A stretch of 64,000 bases of DNA from a bacterium (GCA_963681965.1 OY820579.1:2464001-2528000); one strand, 5' to 3'. Positions 40,741 through 51,321 are shown, counted from the stretch's first letter. Numbers and translations: made by a program. Notes: generated by a model not told the origin, from the sequence alone.

Positions 40741-41752
40741 AGCGATCCTCACCTACTCGGCAATGTCCTCTTTTCTCAATTGTAACCGCCAATATTACAA
40801 CCGTGACATTCGAATGCTGGTTACGAAGGATCGTGATCCGGTTTTGGATTTTGGTTCCGTATGGCATGGTGCCTTAGAGCGGTGGTACACATCTGGCGAT
40901 CAGGTTGCCAAGATTCGTGGAATTCTCAAATACATCGATGATAGTTTCCCGAACCGAGAACGTGACCCGCAACAGAAACGTGACTGGTTCATGCTGCATG
41001 CCATGTTTGAGGAGTACCTCGAACGTTATCCCGAAGAAGCATTCGACGTCATTGCTGCCGAGACCAAGTTCGTACTCCCTATTATTAATCCTTCGTCGGG
41101 TCGTATTAGCCGCACGTTTTTACTCTCCGGTAAAGTCGATGGACTGATCCGTATGAAAGACTCTGGCGAGCTGTACGTAATGGAACACAAGACCGCAGCC
41201 AAAGTCGATGAATCATACCTTGAAAAGCTCCCGCTTGATTTTCAAATCAACCTCTATTCCTATGCTCTGTCGCGCCATTTAAATCAACCGATTACCGGTG
41301 TGCTGTACAACGTGGTACAGAAAACCACCATTCGCCAGAATCCCGGTGAATCGGAAGACGACTTCGAGAAACGCCGGGCAGTATTAATTGCTAAATCCAA
41401 GACTGGCACGACCACCGCCAAACGTCAGTTACCGGAATCGGATGATGAATTCCGGGACCGGATGCGCTCAAAGTATCACGAACCGGAAATGTTCATACGT
41501 GAGCAGCTCTTGATTTCACGCGCTGATCTGAACCGTACCGAAGACTATGTCTGGAAAATTACCCAGAAGATCCTAGCTGAAATGAAAGCCGGAGACTGGC
41601 TCGGTAATGGTGGTTGCTGCTTCAAGTATGGCAAACCATGCCAGTATTGGGCGCTTTGCCGCAGTGGCGACAACGATTTGGTGCGCGAGAATTGTTATGA
41701 CGTAAAGCAACCGCACGAAGAATTGGCGGAAGAAGCAACCCCTTTGTTTTAA
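40733..41752 (+). CDS. PD-(D/E)XK (Cas4/RecB-like) exonuclease
   Basis: TYSAM..FLNC, FGSVWH, GKVDGL, MEHKT, QINLY, C-terminal Cys cluster. Confidence 0.85.
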   Translation: MNRAILTYSAMSSFLNCNRQYYNRDIRMLVTKDRDPVLDFGSVWHGALERWYTSGDQVAKIRGILKYIDDSFPNRERDPQQKRDWFMLHAMFEEYLERYPEEAFDVIAAETKFVLPIINPSSGRISRTFLLSGKVDGLIRMKDSGELYVMEHKTAAKVDESYLEKLPLDFQINLYSYALSRHLNQPITGVLYNVVQKTTIRQNPGESEDDFEKRRAVLIAKSKTGTTTAKRQLPESDDEFRDRMRSKYHEPEMFIREQLLISRADLNRTEDYVWKITQKILAEMKAGDWLGNGGCCFKYGKPCQYWALCRSGDNDLVRENCYDVKQPHEELAEEATPLF

Positions 41753-41767
41753 TTGAAAGGATACAAA

Positions 41768-42511
41768 ATGTCGTTACTACCGACCGCCAAAACGCCACCT
41801 AATGTGACGCTGGCAAATCAGACAGTTCTACTTTGGGGTCCTGCAAAAGTAGGAAAAAGTGAATTCTGTTCTCAAGCGGAACCGGCACTTTTTCTTGCTA
41901 CTGAGGCAGGGCTCAACCACCTGAACGTTTTTCAAACACCCATTGCTAGTTGGGACGATTTTCTTTCGGCTTGTAAGGAAATCGCTGAGGGTAATCATTC
42001 CTTCCAGACCATCGTGGTTGATACTGTCGACAATGCTTACCGGATGTGTACCGAATACATCTGCAAGTTGCACAATATCAAACACGAGTCCGATCTCGGT
42101 TACGGCAAGGGTTACGCGCTCGTCAACAACGAATTCTACCGCGTGCTGAACAAGTTATCACTTCTACCCTACGGTTTGTTTTTGATCTCCCATGCACAGG
42201 AAAAAGAAATCGAGTCGCGTACCGGCAACTACACCAAGATGGTCCCAACGTTGCCAGAAAAGTCGCGCAAGATTGTACTCGGAATGTGCGATCTGATTCT
42301 ATTTGCCGATTTCGAGGATGTGGTGAATGAAGATGGGAGTGTTACGCAACGTCGTGTCATTCGTACTAAACCGACCAAATACTACGAAGCCGGTGATCGT
42401 ACCGGTAATCTCCCGGAAACTCTTGAACTCAATTTCAACAAATTCATCGCTGCATATCGCGATGCGGTAGCTGCCAATTCCAACACGCCCAAGCCAGTTG
42501 AGGTGAACTAG
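41768..42511 (+). CDS. AAA_24 / Sak4-like single-strand annealing ATPase
   Basis: WGPAKVGKS, ATEAG, IVVDTVD, ISHA, EAGDR. Confidence 0.85.
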   Translation: MSLLPTAKTPPNVTLANQTVLLWGPAKVGKSEFCSQAEPALFLATEAGLNHLNVFQTPIASWDDFLSACKEIAEGNHSFQTIVVDTVDNAYRMCTEYICKLHNIKHESDLGYGKGYALVNNEFYRVLNKLSLLPYGLFLISHAQEKEIESRTGNYTKMVPTLPEKSRKIVLGMCDLILFADFEDVVNEDGSVTQRRVIRTKPTKYYEAGDRTGNLPETLELNFNKFIAAYRDAVAANSNTPKPVEVN

Positions 42512-42513
42512 CC

Positions 42514-43017
42514 ATGACTCCAAACAATGAAGCCGTCGATCTCTCCCAGTGGGATGAGGAATATGAACAAGCACAAGTCGAAGAGCGCAGTCACGAAGAA
42601 GTTCCTGATGGTAAGTATCAGGTAAAAGTCGACATGGCTGAGTTAACCAGCACCAAAACAACCGGTGATCCAATGTTGAAATGGACATTCGTGATCCTCG
42701 GACCGCAATTCGCTGGACGCAAACTGTGGAAGAATGCAGTTATTCGCGGTGAAGATTCAGTGAAGTACATCAAAGGTGATCTGGCTGTATGTGGAATCAC
42801 CTTGCCGAAATTTTCCGCACTTCCACAATACACCGAAAAATTGCTTGATCTCCAACTTGAAATTTCGAAGCAAACCCGTGGTGAGTATTCCAACATCTAC
42901 ATCAACAAGCTGATTTCAGGTGATGCCGCGACTCCCACTCCGAAAACCGGTAACGCCAAACAGAAACCATCTACCAGTTATGCGAAAGCGTCTCAAGATG
43001 CCAGTAAACCGTTCTAA
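42514..43017 (+). CDS. DUF669-like phage ssDNA-binding protein
   Basis: VPDGKYQVKV...GDPMLKWTF...GRKLWK, C-terminal PF; next to Sak4. Confidence 0.8.
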   Translation: MTPNNEAVDLSQWDEEYEQAQVEERSHEEVPDGKYQVKVDMAELTSTKTTGDPMLKWTFVILGPQFAGRKLWKNAVIRGEDSVKYIKGDLAVCGITLPKFSALPQYTEKLLDLQLEISKQTRGEYSNIYINKLISGDAATPTPKTGNAKQKPSTSYAKASQDASKPF

Positions 43018-43456
43018 TCGATTGTCAATCCTAGTCGACACTCGTGAGCAACATCCATTCGAGTTCGATCCAGCTAGAGTGGAATCCATTCGATTGGGGC
43101 TGGATGCCGGTGATTATTCACTCGCCGGATTCGAACCATTGGTATCTGTTGAACGAAAGTCACTGGAAGATTATGTCTCCAGTTTGATCAGATCGCAGCA
43201 ACGCTTCCTGCGTGAGATGAAAAAACTGTCAGTGATGCAGCACAAATGTGTCGTCGTGGAAGGCGATCTAGTGGATATCCAGCAGCATCGCTATCACTCC
43301 GGTGTTCATCCATCGGCAGTGATTGGAGCAACAATGATGCTCATAGTCGACTTCGGTGTACCGGTATTGTTCTGTTCGAATCGTCAACTGGCATGTGCTG
43401 TAACGGAATCATTTCTGGCTCGTTCGTGGAAGCAACTGACGAAGGAGAATGTGTAG
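42998..43456 (+). CDS. ERCC4 domain nuclease
   Basis: VDTREQ, GDYS, VERKS, VVEG. Confidence 0.9.
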   Translation: MPVNRSNRLSILVDTREQHPFEFDPARVESIRLGLDAGDYSLAGFEPLVSVERKSLEDYVSSLIRSQQRFLREMKKLSVMQHKCVVVEGDLVDIQQHRYHSGVHPSAVIGATMMLIVDFGVPVLFCSNRQLACAVTESFLARSWKQLTKENV

Positions 43457-43458
43457 CC

Positions 43459-43683
43459 ATGGGACGATTAGTCAATGTGGGTGACACAGTGGAAATCCTG
43501 AATGGACGGTTTGCTGGCGCAATTGGTCGCCTCGTTCAAACTGGTTTTTCCGAGCCGTGTGTTGTGGAAATTCTTTACCCATTGATTGTCGTTGATGTTG
43601 GCGAACAGATCCAAGTGCAGCCTTGTCAGATGCGAGCTGTAGAGATAGTTCCAGAAGAAAAACAGACACGGAGAAAACGATGA
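43459..43683 (+). CDS. Small KOW-motif protein
   Basis: VNVGDTVEILNGRFAGAIGRL. Confidence 0.6.
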   Translation: MGRLVNVGDTVEILNGRFAGAIGRLVQTGFSEPCVVEILYPLIVVDVGEQIQVQPCQMRAVEIVPEEKQTRRKR

Positions 43684-43880
43684 CCCGATTTTCCGAAGTG
43701 ATTAGTATCGAGCTATCTCCGGATGAAGCTGATGCATTGTTACTCATTCTGAATGAGGCGCGACAAGAATTGTCACTTCCAGTTGATGCAGTCGTGTACA
43801 GGAACATAATGGAAAAGTTGGGAAGTATTCATGGAGAGCGATCTAATGAAATCCAAAGCAAAGTCACAATCAAACAGTGA
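43680..43880 (+). CDS. Small hypothetical protein
   Basis: ATGA overlap with the upstream gene; GGAG RBS. Confidence 0.55.
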   Translation: MTRFSEVISIELSPDEADALLLILNEARQELSLPVDAVVYRNIMEKLGSIHGERSNEIQSKVTIKQ

Positions 43881-46074
43881 ATTGGAACGTCGAAGTGGAT
43901 TCGTTGAGACGGTATTCTATACCAACCCGTCTTATACCACCGGTCGCTTTCACGATGATGATGGTAAATCATTTTCATTTGCTGGCTCAATTCGGATAGT
44001 CGAGAATGAGCCAGTTGTTCTGTTTGGAAAATTTACCATCCATCCTAAGTATGGACGACAGTTTACCGTTGATCGCTTTGAGTATGACTTTCATCCTTCG
44101 GTGGAAGGATTGACCGTCTATCTCGCAAATCATCCTGATATCAAAGGCATCGGCCCGGTAAAAGCAAATAGTATTGCCAGGCATTTTAACGATCACTTTG
44201 AAGCAACTCTGCTTGAGCATCCTGAAGTTATAGCGGAATACGCACAGGTGCCGTTCAGCGCTATTCAACAGTTACAAGCGATATGGACTAAGAACCGTTC
44301 AGAAAACGCCGCTGCTACCTACCTGTCGCAGTATGGGCTCACACACTTTCAGGTTAAAACGTTGCTCGATGAATTTGGCAATAATGTCATCGCACTGTTC
44401 AAAGAAAATCCCTATCAGGTTATCGCTGCTCTTCGTGGATTCGGCTTTAAAAATATTGACATGATTGCCCGCAAAATGGGAGTTCAAAAGGCTTCTCCCG
44501 ACCGCATTCGCGCCGGATTGGTGCACGCAGTTAATGAACAGGTAGATGCTGGACACTGTTGGGTTTCATTCGATGATCTGGTAGAACATGCCAATGAATT
44601 ATTGATTCTCGATACCCTTGATAGTCATGATCAGATCGTTCGTGAGTTGGAGTACTTGCTCGAAGCGAAACAGTTGGTCGAGATGGATACGGATGACCAG
44701 CGTATCGTTGCTCGTCCGGATTTGTATGCAAAAGAAAGAGAACTGACTTATTGGTTTGCCGAGAACAAAGGGGGAAATCCACACTTTCCATCACTGATGC
44801 CATTAGAAGGTATGAACTTGGATTATGCAGAAACGATGAATGAAGGTCAGCTTTCTGCGTTACTAGCAGCAACACATCATCAGATTTCGGTTATCGCAGG
44901 TGGTGCAGGAAGTGGTAAAACCTTTACCGTTGCAGTGATTACGAAAATACTCGAACAGACAGGCTTGAAAGTGACTCTTGCTGCTCCTACCGGTAAAGCA
45001 GCGAAACGACTCGAACAGATGATCGATCACGAGGCGGTCACTTTGCATCGGTTGCTTGGATACAATGGACGCTTTTTTTCAGCTTGTCCAGAGATGCCCA
45101 TCGATACTGATGTGCTGATTGTTGACGAATTCTCGATGGTTGATGTCCCGCTTGCTTGGCAAATGCTCAGCGCTATCGATTGGGATCGTACAGCCATCAT
45201 TTTGGTTGGAGATCCGAATCAGTTACCTCCAGTCGGACCCGGTAACATCCTGCGCGACCTACTGTCAACGAAATTGGTTAAAACCACTGTTCTGGATCGA
45301 ATTGTACGACAAGCAGGACTTCTTAAAGAGAATTGTACAGCAATTCTATCCGGTGAAGTGCGTAAAACTGCTCCTGAAGTTACCGGTCAAACCCGTAAAC
45401 CTTGGTTTATGATCGATCAATTCACCGATATGGAACATGTACGTCAGTTCTTGTTGGAAATGTACACAAAATTACTTTCCGAACGGCTCGGTTTCGATCT
45501 CTTGCGAGATGTGCAACTCATTACACCAACCAAAAAGGGTCCACTCGGTACAGTTGAGCTAAATACTGTTCTACAGCAATTACTCCAGAAAAAGCTCTTC
45601 AATGTTGATGTCACTCCTCCAAAGGTTGGACAACAGCAACGCCGTTTCTATCGGCACGACAAAGTCATCCAGACCCGCAATAATTATGACACCAATGTGA
45701 TGAACGGTTCCATTGGATGGGTGCTGGACAACGACCCCAAGGGCGGTCTTACAGTTGAGTTCGAGAATGGTACTGTGACTGTTATTGAGCAAGGATCGCA
45801 TGAACTTTCGGAATTGTCACTCGCCTATGCACTTACGGTTCACAAAGTTCAGGGTTCAGAATTTCCATGCGTGATTGCTGTGATTCACAAACTGCACACC
45901 TTTATGCACCATCGAAATCTATTCTACACCGCAGTAACTCGTGCCCGCGAAACCGCCATTGTCATAGGCGACCGATGGGGGTTAAAAAATTGTGCTCGGA
46001 TCGTTCAAACCGAGCGGCGACGCACTTTTCTTTCCTTGATTAAAACAAGTCAACCTTCAAAGGTCGCTGTATGA
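43846..46074 (+). CDS. recD2: RecD2-like SF1B helicase
   Basis: HPKYGRQF, IKGIGP HhH, GGAGSGKT, VDEFSM, GDPNQLPPVGPG, AYALTVHKVQGSEF, YTAVTRA. Confidence 0.92.
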   Translation: MKSKAKSQSNSELERRSGFVETVFYTNPSYTTGRFHDDDGKSFSFAGSIRIVENEPVVLFGKFTIHPKYGRQFTVDRFEYDFHPSVEGLTVYLANHPDIKGIGPVKANSIARHFNDHFEATLLEHPEVIAEYAQVPFSAIQQLQAIWTKNRSENAAATYLSQYGLTHFQVKTLLDEFGNNVIALFKENPYQVIAALRGFGFKNIDMIARKMGVQKASPDRIRAGLVHAVNEQVDAGHCWVSFDDLVEHANELLILDTLDSHDQIVRELEYLLEAKQLVEMDTDDQRIVARPDLYAKERELTYWFAENKGGNPHFPSLMPLEGMNLDYAETMNEGQLSALLAATHHQISVIAGGAGSGKTFTVAVITKILEQTGLKVTLAAPTGKAAKRLEQMIDHEAVTLHRLLGYNGRFFSACPEMPIDTDVLIVDEFSMVDVPLAWQMLSAIDWDRTAIILVGDPNQLPPVGPGNILRDLLSTKLVKTTVLDRIVRQAGLLKENCTAILSGEVRKTAPEVTGQTRKPWFMIDQFTDMEHVRQFLLEMYTKLLSERLGFDLLRDVQLITPTKKGPLGTVELNTVLQQLLQKKLFNVDVTPPKVGQQQRRFYRHDKVIQTRNNYDTNVMNGSIGWVLDNDPKGGLTVEFENGTVTVIEQGSHELSELSLAYALTVHKVQGSEFPCVIAVIHKLHTFMHHRNLFYTAVTRARETAIVIGDRWGLKNCARIVQTERRRTFLSLIKTSQPSKVAV

Positions 46075-48773
46075 TCGATCCCCGGGTTGAACTGCTGCAA
46101 CATTACTTTTTCTCGCGCACTGACAAAGTTGCGTTCTTTGCTTCGTGGGAAAAACCGCAACCAACGCCAGGCGGCGAACTGCTGCCTGCATTGTTGGATG
46201 CGCATATTCGCGGCAGTAAGGCACCTTGGGTAGAAGTCACATTCACCAATCAGAAAGGAAGTGGCTCGAATAAAGGTCGTTTCCGAATTGGATCATACAC
46301 ACCGACTCAAGACGGGTTAACGAAATGGCTATGTATCGATTTTGATGGCGGTCCAGGTCACGCGAATGGACTAATCGACCCGAAAGCTGCAGTCATTGAA
46401 GCATATAAAACTGCATCAAGTCTTGGCATTACCTCACACATCGAATGTTCCGGCGGTGGTCAAGGGTGGCATCTTTGGGTATTCTTCGATCCAATGGTTT
46501 CTGCGAAACAAACCCGAGAATTGGGTTTACTGGTTTGTCCCCGGGACCAACGCTGTCAAAATGGTGAGATGGGTGATCCACTTTCTAATCGTGGACTTGA
46601 GATTTTTCCTAAGCAACCTAAGATAAAATCCAGTGGATTTGGTAATCTCGTCTGGCTCCCCTGGTGGTGGAATGCTGCTGAGGGTGGTAATGAATTTTAT
46701 CAATTCGATGAATCAGATGTGCTTGTTCGTTATCAACCGGAGTCCTTCTCTACGGTAACACCCGAACAACTCACTCAGACAATTGCTGCGCATGTTCGAA
46801 TTGCACCAGAATCGGCACCGACACGTCGAAACACACGGTCAACACAGCTGCCACACACCCCGAAATCGAACAGTTCCGCTTGGGATGAATGGCGCTCGAA
46901 AGCATTATCGAAACTGCCGTTGGAAACAATCTATGGTGACTATTTAACCGGTGGTCATTCGAGTCCTGATTGGCTCGAGTGCCGCGATCCGGCATCGGCT
47001 TCCGGTGATCAGAATCCATCCGCAGGTGTTTCTACCGGAACAGGATCGGTCGAGCGTGGATCATTCCACTCATTTCTCACCGGTGAAACGATCTCGATTT
47101 TCGATTTTCTGATTCGAATCGGAAAGGCATCAGACTTCATTTCAGCTCGCGAAATCGTTACCAGTCTTTCCGGTGTAGCACCATTTGTAGAATCATCTAC
47201 ATTGCATTCTTCACTTCCAGAAATTGCTGTTAACAATCGGCAGCTTTCTAATATTGTAGATGATGCTTGGAATGCAATTCACCATTGGAACAAACCACCT
47301 AAAATGTTCCAACGAGGTGGTACTCTCGTTCGTTTGCAAAAGTCTCAACTATCCGAGCGTTACCAGCTTGAAGTGATTAATGAACCGGCCGCCTATGGTA
47401 CACTCTTCCGGACCGCGCGATGGATAAAACATGTGGATGGAAACGTCACGGATGCACATCCTCCGCATGATATCGCTAAGGATTTACTCTGTAATGTAGA
47501 CCCAAAACTTCCACCCATTGAAGCGGTAATTCATACACCGGTTTTCGGTCGTGATGGGACACTACTTACAACCTCAGGCTACTGCCCTAACGATTCGCTT
47601 TGGTTGCAGTTACCAGATCAATTATCTCATCTGGAAATTCCCCAGCATCCATCTTCACAACAAATTGTTGATGCAGTTTCCCTGTTAACGAATGAGTTAC
47701 TGGTCGACTTTCCATTTGTGTCCGATTCCGACCGTACCCATGCAATTGCAGCGATGATACTTCCATTTGTTCGTCCGATGATTACTGGTTGCACACCACT
47801 TCATCTAATCGAAGCGCCAGTCGCCGGTTCAGGTAAGGGACTGCTTTGCAACATTATTTCGATCATTACTTCCGGCTATTCTGTTCCATCGCGAACACTT
47901 CCAAATGACGATGATGAACTGCGAAAAATGATCACTTCGGAGTTACTGAAGGGTAACCCAATTGTCCTACTCGATAATGCCGATGAACGGAAGCGCCTCA
48001 ACTCGCCAACCTTGGCATCGGTGTTAACCGCTGAATACTGGACAGATCGATTTCTCGGATCATCCAAAATGGTGACGATGCAAAATCTTCCATTGTGGCT
48101 GCTCACTGGAAACAACGTACGCATGTCGCAAGAATTGATTCGTCGCGTCTTGCGTTCCCGATTTGATACCCGTGTTGAACAACCCTGGCTTCGCGAAAAC
48201 TTCCGCCATGATGATTTGCGGGAATGGACACGTGAGCATCGTCCAGAGCTGGTGGCGGCCATTCTCACAATCATTCAGACTTGGATTAATGCCGGTAAGC
48301 CAGCAGGTAAAAAGAAACTTGGTTCCTACGAAGAGTGGTCAAAAGTGATTGGTGGAGTTCTATCTGTTGCTGGTATTCCCGGTTTTCTCGGAAATCTGGA
48401 GGCTCTGTATGATTCCTCTGACCCTGATCGTGACATGTGGCGTGAACTTGTAGCTGCCTGGTGGGAAGAATGGCGTGAAACCCCGGTCAAAGTTTCCGAC
48501 TTGAATGAATTCTGTGAACGGACGGAATTATTAAATGGACTACGCGGTGATGGCACCCCTCGTTCGCAACAAACAAAACTTGGCACCGCAATTCGCCGCA
48601 TAGTCGACCGGGTATTTCTGAACTATCGGGTAGAGCAATCGAAGGATTGGAAAGTCACCAATGGAAAAACGATTGCCTACAAGTTGGTCGAATTGCCTCA
48701 AAATGGTGCTGCAGAAATTAATGGCGAATCTGAACCCAAGATTGACCTTAGCAACTTCGATTGGGATGAATGA
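46071..48773 (+). CDS. AEP-type primase fused to a P-loop helicase-like domain
   Basis: WLCIDFD, SGGGQGWHLWVFF, EIFPKQ, GNLVWLP; C-terminal APVAGSGKG and VLLDN. Confidence 0.82.
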   Translation: MIDPRVELLQHYFFSRTDKVAFFASWEKPQPTPGGELLPALLDAHIRGSKAPWVEVTFTNQKGSGSNKGRFRIGSYTPTQDGLTKWLCIDFDGGPGHANGLIDPKAAVIEAYKTASSLGITSHIECSGGGQGWHLWVFFDPMVSAKQTRELGLLVCPRDQRCQNGEMGDPLSNRGLEIFPKQPKIKSSGFGNLVWLPWWWNAAEGGNEFYQFDESDVLVRYQPESFSTVTPEQLTQTIAAHVRIAPESAPTRRNTRSTQLPHTPKSNSSAWDEWRSKALSKLPLETIYGDYLTGGHSSPDWLECRDPASASGDQNPSAGVSTGTGSVERGSFHSFLTGETISIFDFLIRIGKASDFISAREIVTSLSGVAPFVESSTLHSSLPEIAVNNRQLSNIVDDAWNAIHHWNKPPKMFQRGGTLVRLQKSQLSERYQLEVINEPAAYGTLFRTARWIKHVDGNVTDAHPPHDIAKDLLCNVDPKLPPIEAVIHTPVFGRDGTLLTTSGYCPNDSLWLQLPDQLSHLEIPQHPSSQQIVDAVSLLTNELLVDFPFVSDSDRTHAIAAMILPFVRPMITGCTPLHLIEAPVAGSGKGLLCNIISIITSGYSVPSRTLPNDDDELRKMITSELLKGNPIVLLDNADERKRLNSPTLASVLTAEYWTDRFLGSSKMVTMQNLPLWLLTGNNVRMSQELIRRVLRSRFDTRVEQPWLRENFRHDDLREWTREHRPELVAAILTIIQTWINAGKPAGKKKLGSYEEWSKVIGGVLSVAGIPGFLGNLEALYDSSDPDRDMWRELVAAWWEEWRETPVKVSDLNEFCERTELLNGLRGDGTPRSQQTKLGTAIRRIVDRVFLNYRVEQSKDWKVTNGKTIAYKLVELPQNGAAEINGESEPKIDLSNFDWDE

Positions 48774-48840
48774 AATGCGAAGTCATTGCCTAAGCATGGT
48801 TTGTATTGTTTTCCTGTGGCTCGGCGCTCCGGTGATTTTC

Positions 48841-49136
48841 CCCGAACCTCCGAACCTAGCCGAACCTTCGATTTTGAGGTTCGGGGAACCGGAAAAGCTT
48901 TATCAGAGCGGCTTCAAAGACTTTACCCGAACCTCCGATCCTATGGCTATAGTCAACGTACGTGCGCACGCACGCGCATACGCATGCACACGCGCATGTG
49001 AGTGTAAGGGTACCAAAAAGGTTCGGGTAGGTTCGGAGGTTCGGGTAAGCTTTCTTCAACTCTATGAAAATAATGAAGATGAAATTTCAAAAACTACCCG
49101 AACCTCATGATGCTAGGTTCGGGTGAGGTTCGGGGT
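48841..49136. repeat. Putative replication origin: CCGAACC/GGTTCGG iterons flanking an alternating purine-pyrimidine tract
   Basis: About a dozen CCGAACC(T) or (A)GGTTCGG copies in both orientations around CGTACGTGCGCACGCACGCGCATACGCATGCACACGCGCATGTG, directly after the primase-helicase. Confidence 0.7.
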
Positions 49137-49175
49137 ACGAATAATCAATCAGTTGATTCAATTGTGGGTAGCATT

Positions 49176-49682
49176 ATGCAATTCGGACTATTTCAAACCG
49201 CTGAGCAATACGACCTCTATGTCGCCATCGATCTGACAACAAAGTCGATGCCGGTATCTGGTAGCACTTCAGCCGAAATCTTGGAAGGGACAAAAACCTT
49301 CCGTCGGCTGGATGCAACGTATCTGCTTTGGCTGGAAAGCCGAGTTGCCAATATCGAATCTGCTTATCGCAAAGGAAAAGCGTCCGTTGGACTATACAAA
49401 ACGGTTCAGCAGCGCTTCGTCGATGTTCAAAAGTGGGCAAGAAATAACATAGATGCTGCCATTCTCGATGCATTGCGCAAAAACTTCGATCCGAAATCAT
49501 ATAGTCCGCCGGTGTCGGAACCTACACCACCAGTGACAGAAAGCTGGTCAGATAATATGCGCGAAGCTTTTGAGGAACGAGCTGCAATCATGGAATACGA
49601 TGGTGGAATGACCCGTGCCGAAGCAGAACGTGCAGCCGAACGAACCGTACGAAATGCTTTTCAACCTGTAATGGGAAGATAG
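49176..49682 (+). CDS. Phage hypothetical protein
   Basis: C-terminal FEERAAIMEYDGGMTRAEAE motif common in phage proteins. Confidence 0.65.
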   Translation: MQFGLFQTAEQYDLYVAIDLTTKSMPVSGSTSAEILEGTKTFRRLDATYLLWLESRVANIESAYRKGKASVGLYKTVQQRFVDVQKWARNNIDAAILDALRKNFDPKSYSPPVSEPTPPVTESWSDNMREAFEERAAIMEYDGGMTRAEAERAAERTVRNAFQPVMGR

Positions 49683-49688
49683 AATACA

Positions 49689-50348
49689 ATGACGAAACCC
49701 AGTAAAATCAATACTTCCGTGCGAAACGACCGCGCAAACAAGCCCGCGCTACCGGCTCCAGTTCCGAATTTGCAAGTAAGCGTAAACGAGAAACAGACGC
49801 TGAACGGTGCTGCGATCTGTGGTGTGGTTTCGAAGAAAGGAAACGAGTGCAGCCGAGCAGCGATGGCGAACGGTCGCTGCCGTTTTCATGGCGGGAAACT
49901 GTCCGGAGTAATGATGGCTCGCCCCGGAAATCGCAATGCAGTCAAGCATGGTGCATTTCTGCCTGATATCCAGGACGAACGCGAACAGAATGCGTTCGAT
50001 CTGTTCTTGTCCGATCTTTACGAAGTCTTCCCGGATCTGAACAAAGCGAGCGATCTCCGACATGCTCAGCTGGCTGCCATTACCTATATCCGTTTGCTAC
50101 GTGCGCTTTGGGGCGAAGCTTCAAGCTCTACGATAGACGATCTCTCCCGAGCGTTCACGCGGCACCTTGCGGCAATACGGGTAAACCGTGACCAACGGGT
50201 GAGCGAGACCGATGCCCACGCAGGTCCGAGATCGCCTGCCGAATATGCGGTTGAGATCATTCAGCAGGTTCGGATGTATTCGAAGGGTGGTGCTTCTCCA
50301 GTTTCAATCGATCCCGTTTTGCTCGGGTTGGACGTAGAAAATGACTGA
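49689..50348 (+). CDS. HGGxSTG-domain protein, probable terminase small subunit
   Basis: CG....G..C...AMANGRCRFHGG...GNRNAVKHG. Confidence 0.8.
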   Translation: MTKPSKINTSVRNDRANKPALPAPVPNLQVSVNEKQTLNGAAICGVVSKKGNECSRAAMANGRCRFHGGKLSGVMMARPGNRNAVKHGAFLPDIQDEREQNAFDLFLSDLYEVFPDLNKASDLRHAQLAAITYIRLLRALWGEASSSTIDDLSRAFTRHLAAIRVNRDQRVSETDAHAGPRSPAEYAVEIIQQVRMYSKGGASPVSIDPVLLGLDVEND

Positions 50349-50480
50349 GATGCTTCAGGGGCTAAAGTGTCATAATTCTATCGCTTGTGATTTCAAAGCG
50401 ATAGAAATGAATGATTCTAATCTGGATTATAATAATCAGGATTATAATCTTTCAGCACGCAGGCATGACATGCAGGCAGG

Positions 50481-50738
50481 TCAAGCATCGAGGTCGTCAA
50501 GCCCATCTCCGATTGTGCACTCCCATTCCTTACCGACCTGTTCGATCAAATCGGAATGTAAACGCAGCGATTCTGCAAACTCTTTTTGTCGTGCTTCGTG
50601 TACTACGTTCACCAATGCTTCCCTGCAAAATGCGGCAAGGGATATTCCTTTTGACCTTGCCATCTTCTGTGCAGCCACTTTTAGTTCCAGCGGAACCGTG
50701 ATCGTCATTCGAACCATGCGTTCTGATATTTTTGCCAT
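50481..50738 (-). CDS. Ribbon-helix-helix antitoxin-like protein (orphan)
   Basis: RMTITVPLELK..AQKMA...GISLAAFCREAL; acidic EWECTIGDGLD tail; AGGAG RBS. Confidence 0.7.
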   Translation of the reverse strand: MAKISERMVRMTITVPLELKVAAQKMARSKGISLAAFCREALVNVVHEARQKEFAESLRLHSDLIEQVGKEWECTIGDGLDDLDA

Positions 50739-51321
50739 GTTTACTCCTGGGTTAGATCGCCACAGAATGCGTCTCCCGAATTGCCAAATCAAGTGTCGCC
50801 AGAAAAACGGAAAATACCCATCGCAGACCATCGCAAATTCGTTACGAGAAATCGCGACTTACGATCTAACTCGTGAGAATATCAGCAGGGAATCGGTATT
50901 CTGCGATTGTACCTCGGGCGGGGTGGCAGCTGCGTCGTCTTGGAATTCTGTTCAAATTCCGACGTGTGTCTGCTGTGTCCAGAACGTGTCAGAAGGTCGC
51001 TCTGATCGAAAATACAAAGACTTAGTAGATTTGCTGGTATGTCACGCTGGCGAATGTGTTCAAACGGCAGGGGTGGATTATGGAAATAGTTATGGATCAA
51101 ACTGCATAACTCGCAACAATTCAAAGGTTTGGCGATCTGTTCGAATATGTTCTGTCACCGTAGTGAAGTTTCGTTGGCCCAAGTTCTGGATCTTTCAATC
51201 GCAACCGCGAAACGCAACCGGCAAAGCTCGAAGCGAAAAACGCAGGGTAGCCCCAAAGGGGGTGTCTGGCAGGGTATTAGGGTCAAAATTCCGAATCAAC
51301 AGTGAAACTCTGGCTCGAAAC

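Noticed and set aside
40733-41752. Cas4-like gene as evidence of CRISPR
   Set aside because: No repeat-spacer array or other cas genes; the context is phage recombination (Sak4/SSB).
48661-49110. ORFs over the iteron region
   Set aside because: Explained by the repeats (PNL/VRV/ARA translations); likely non-coding origin.
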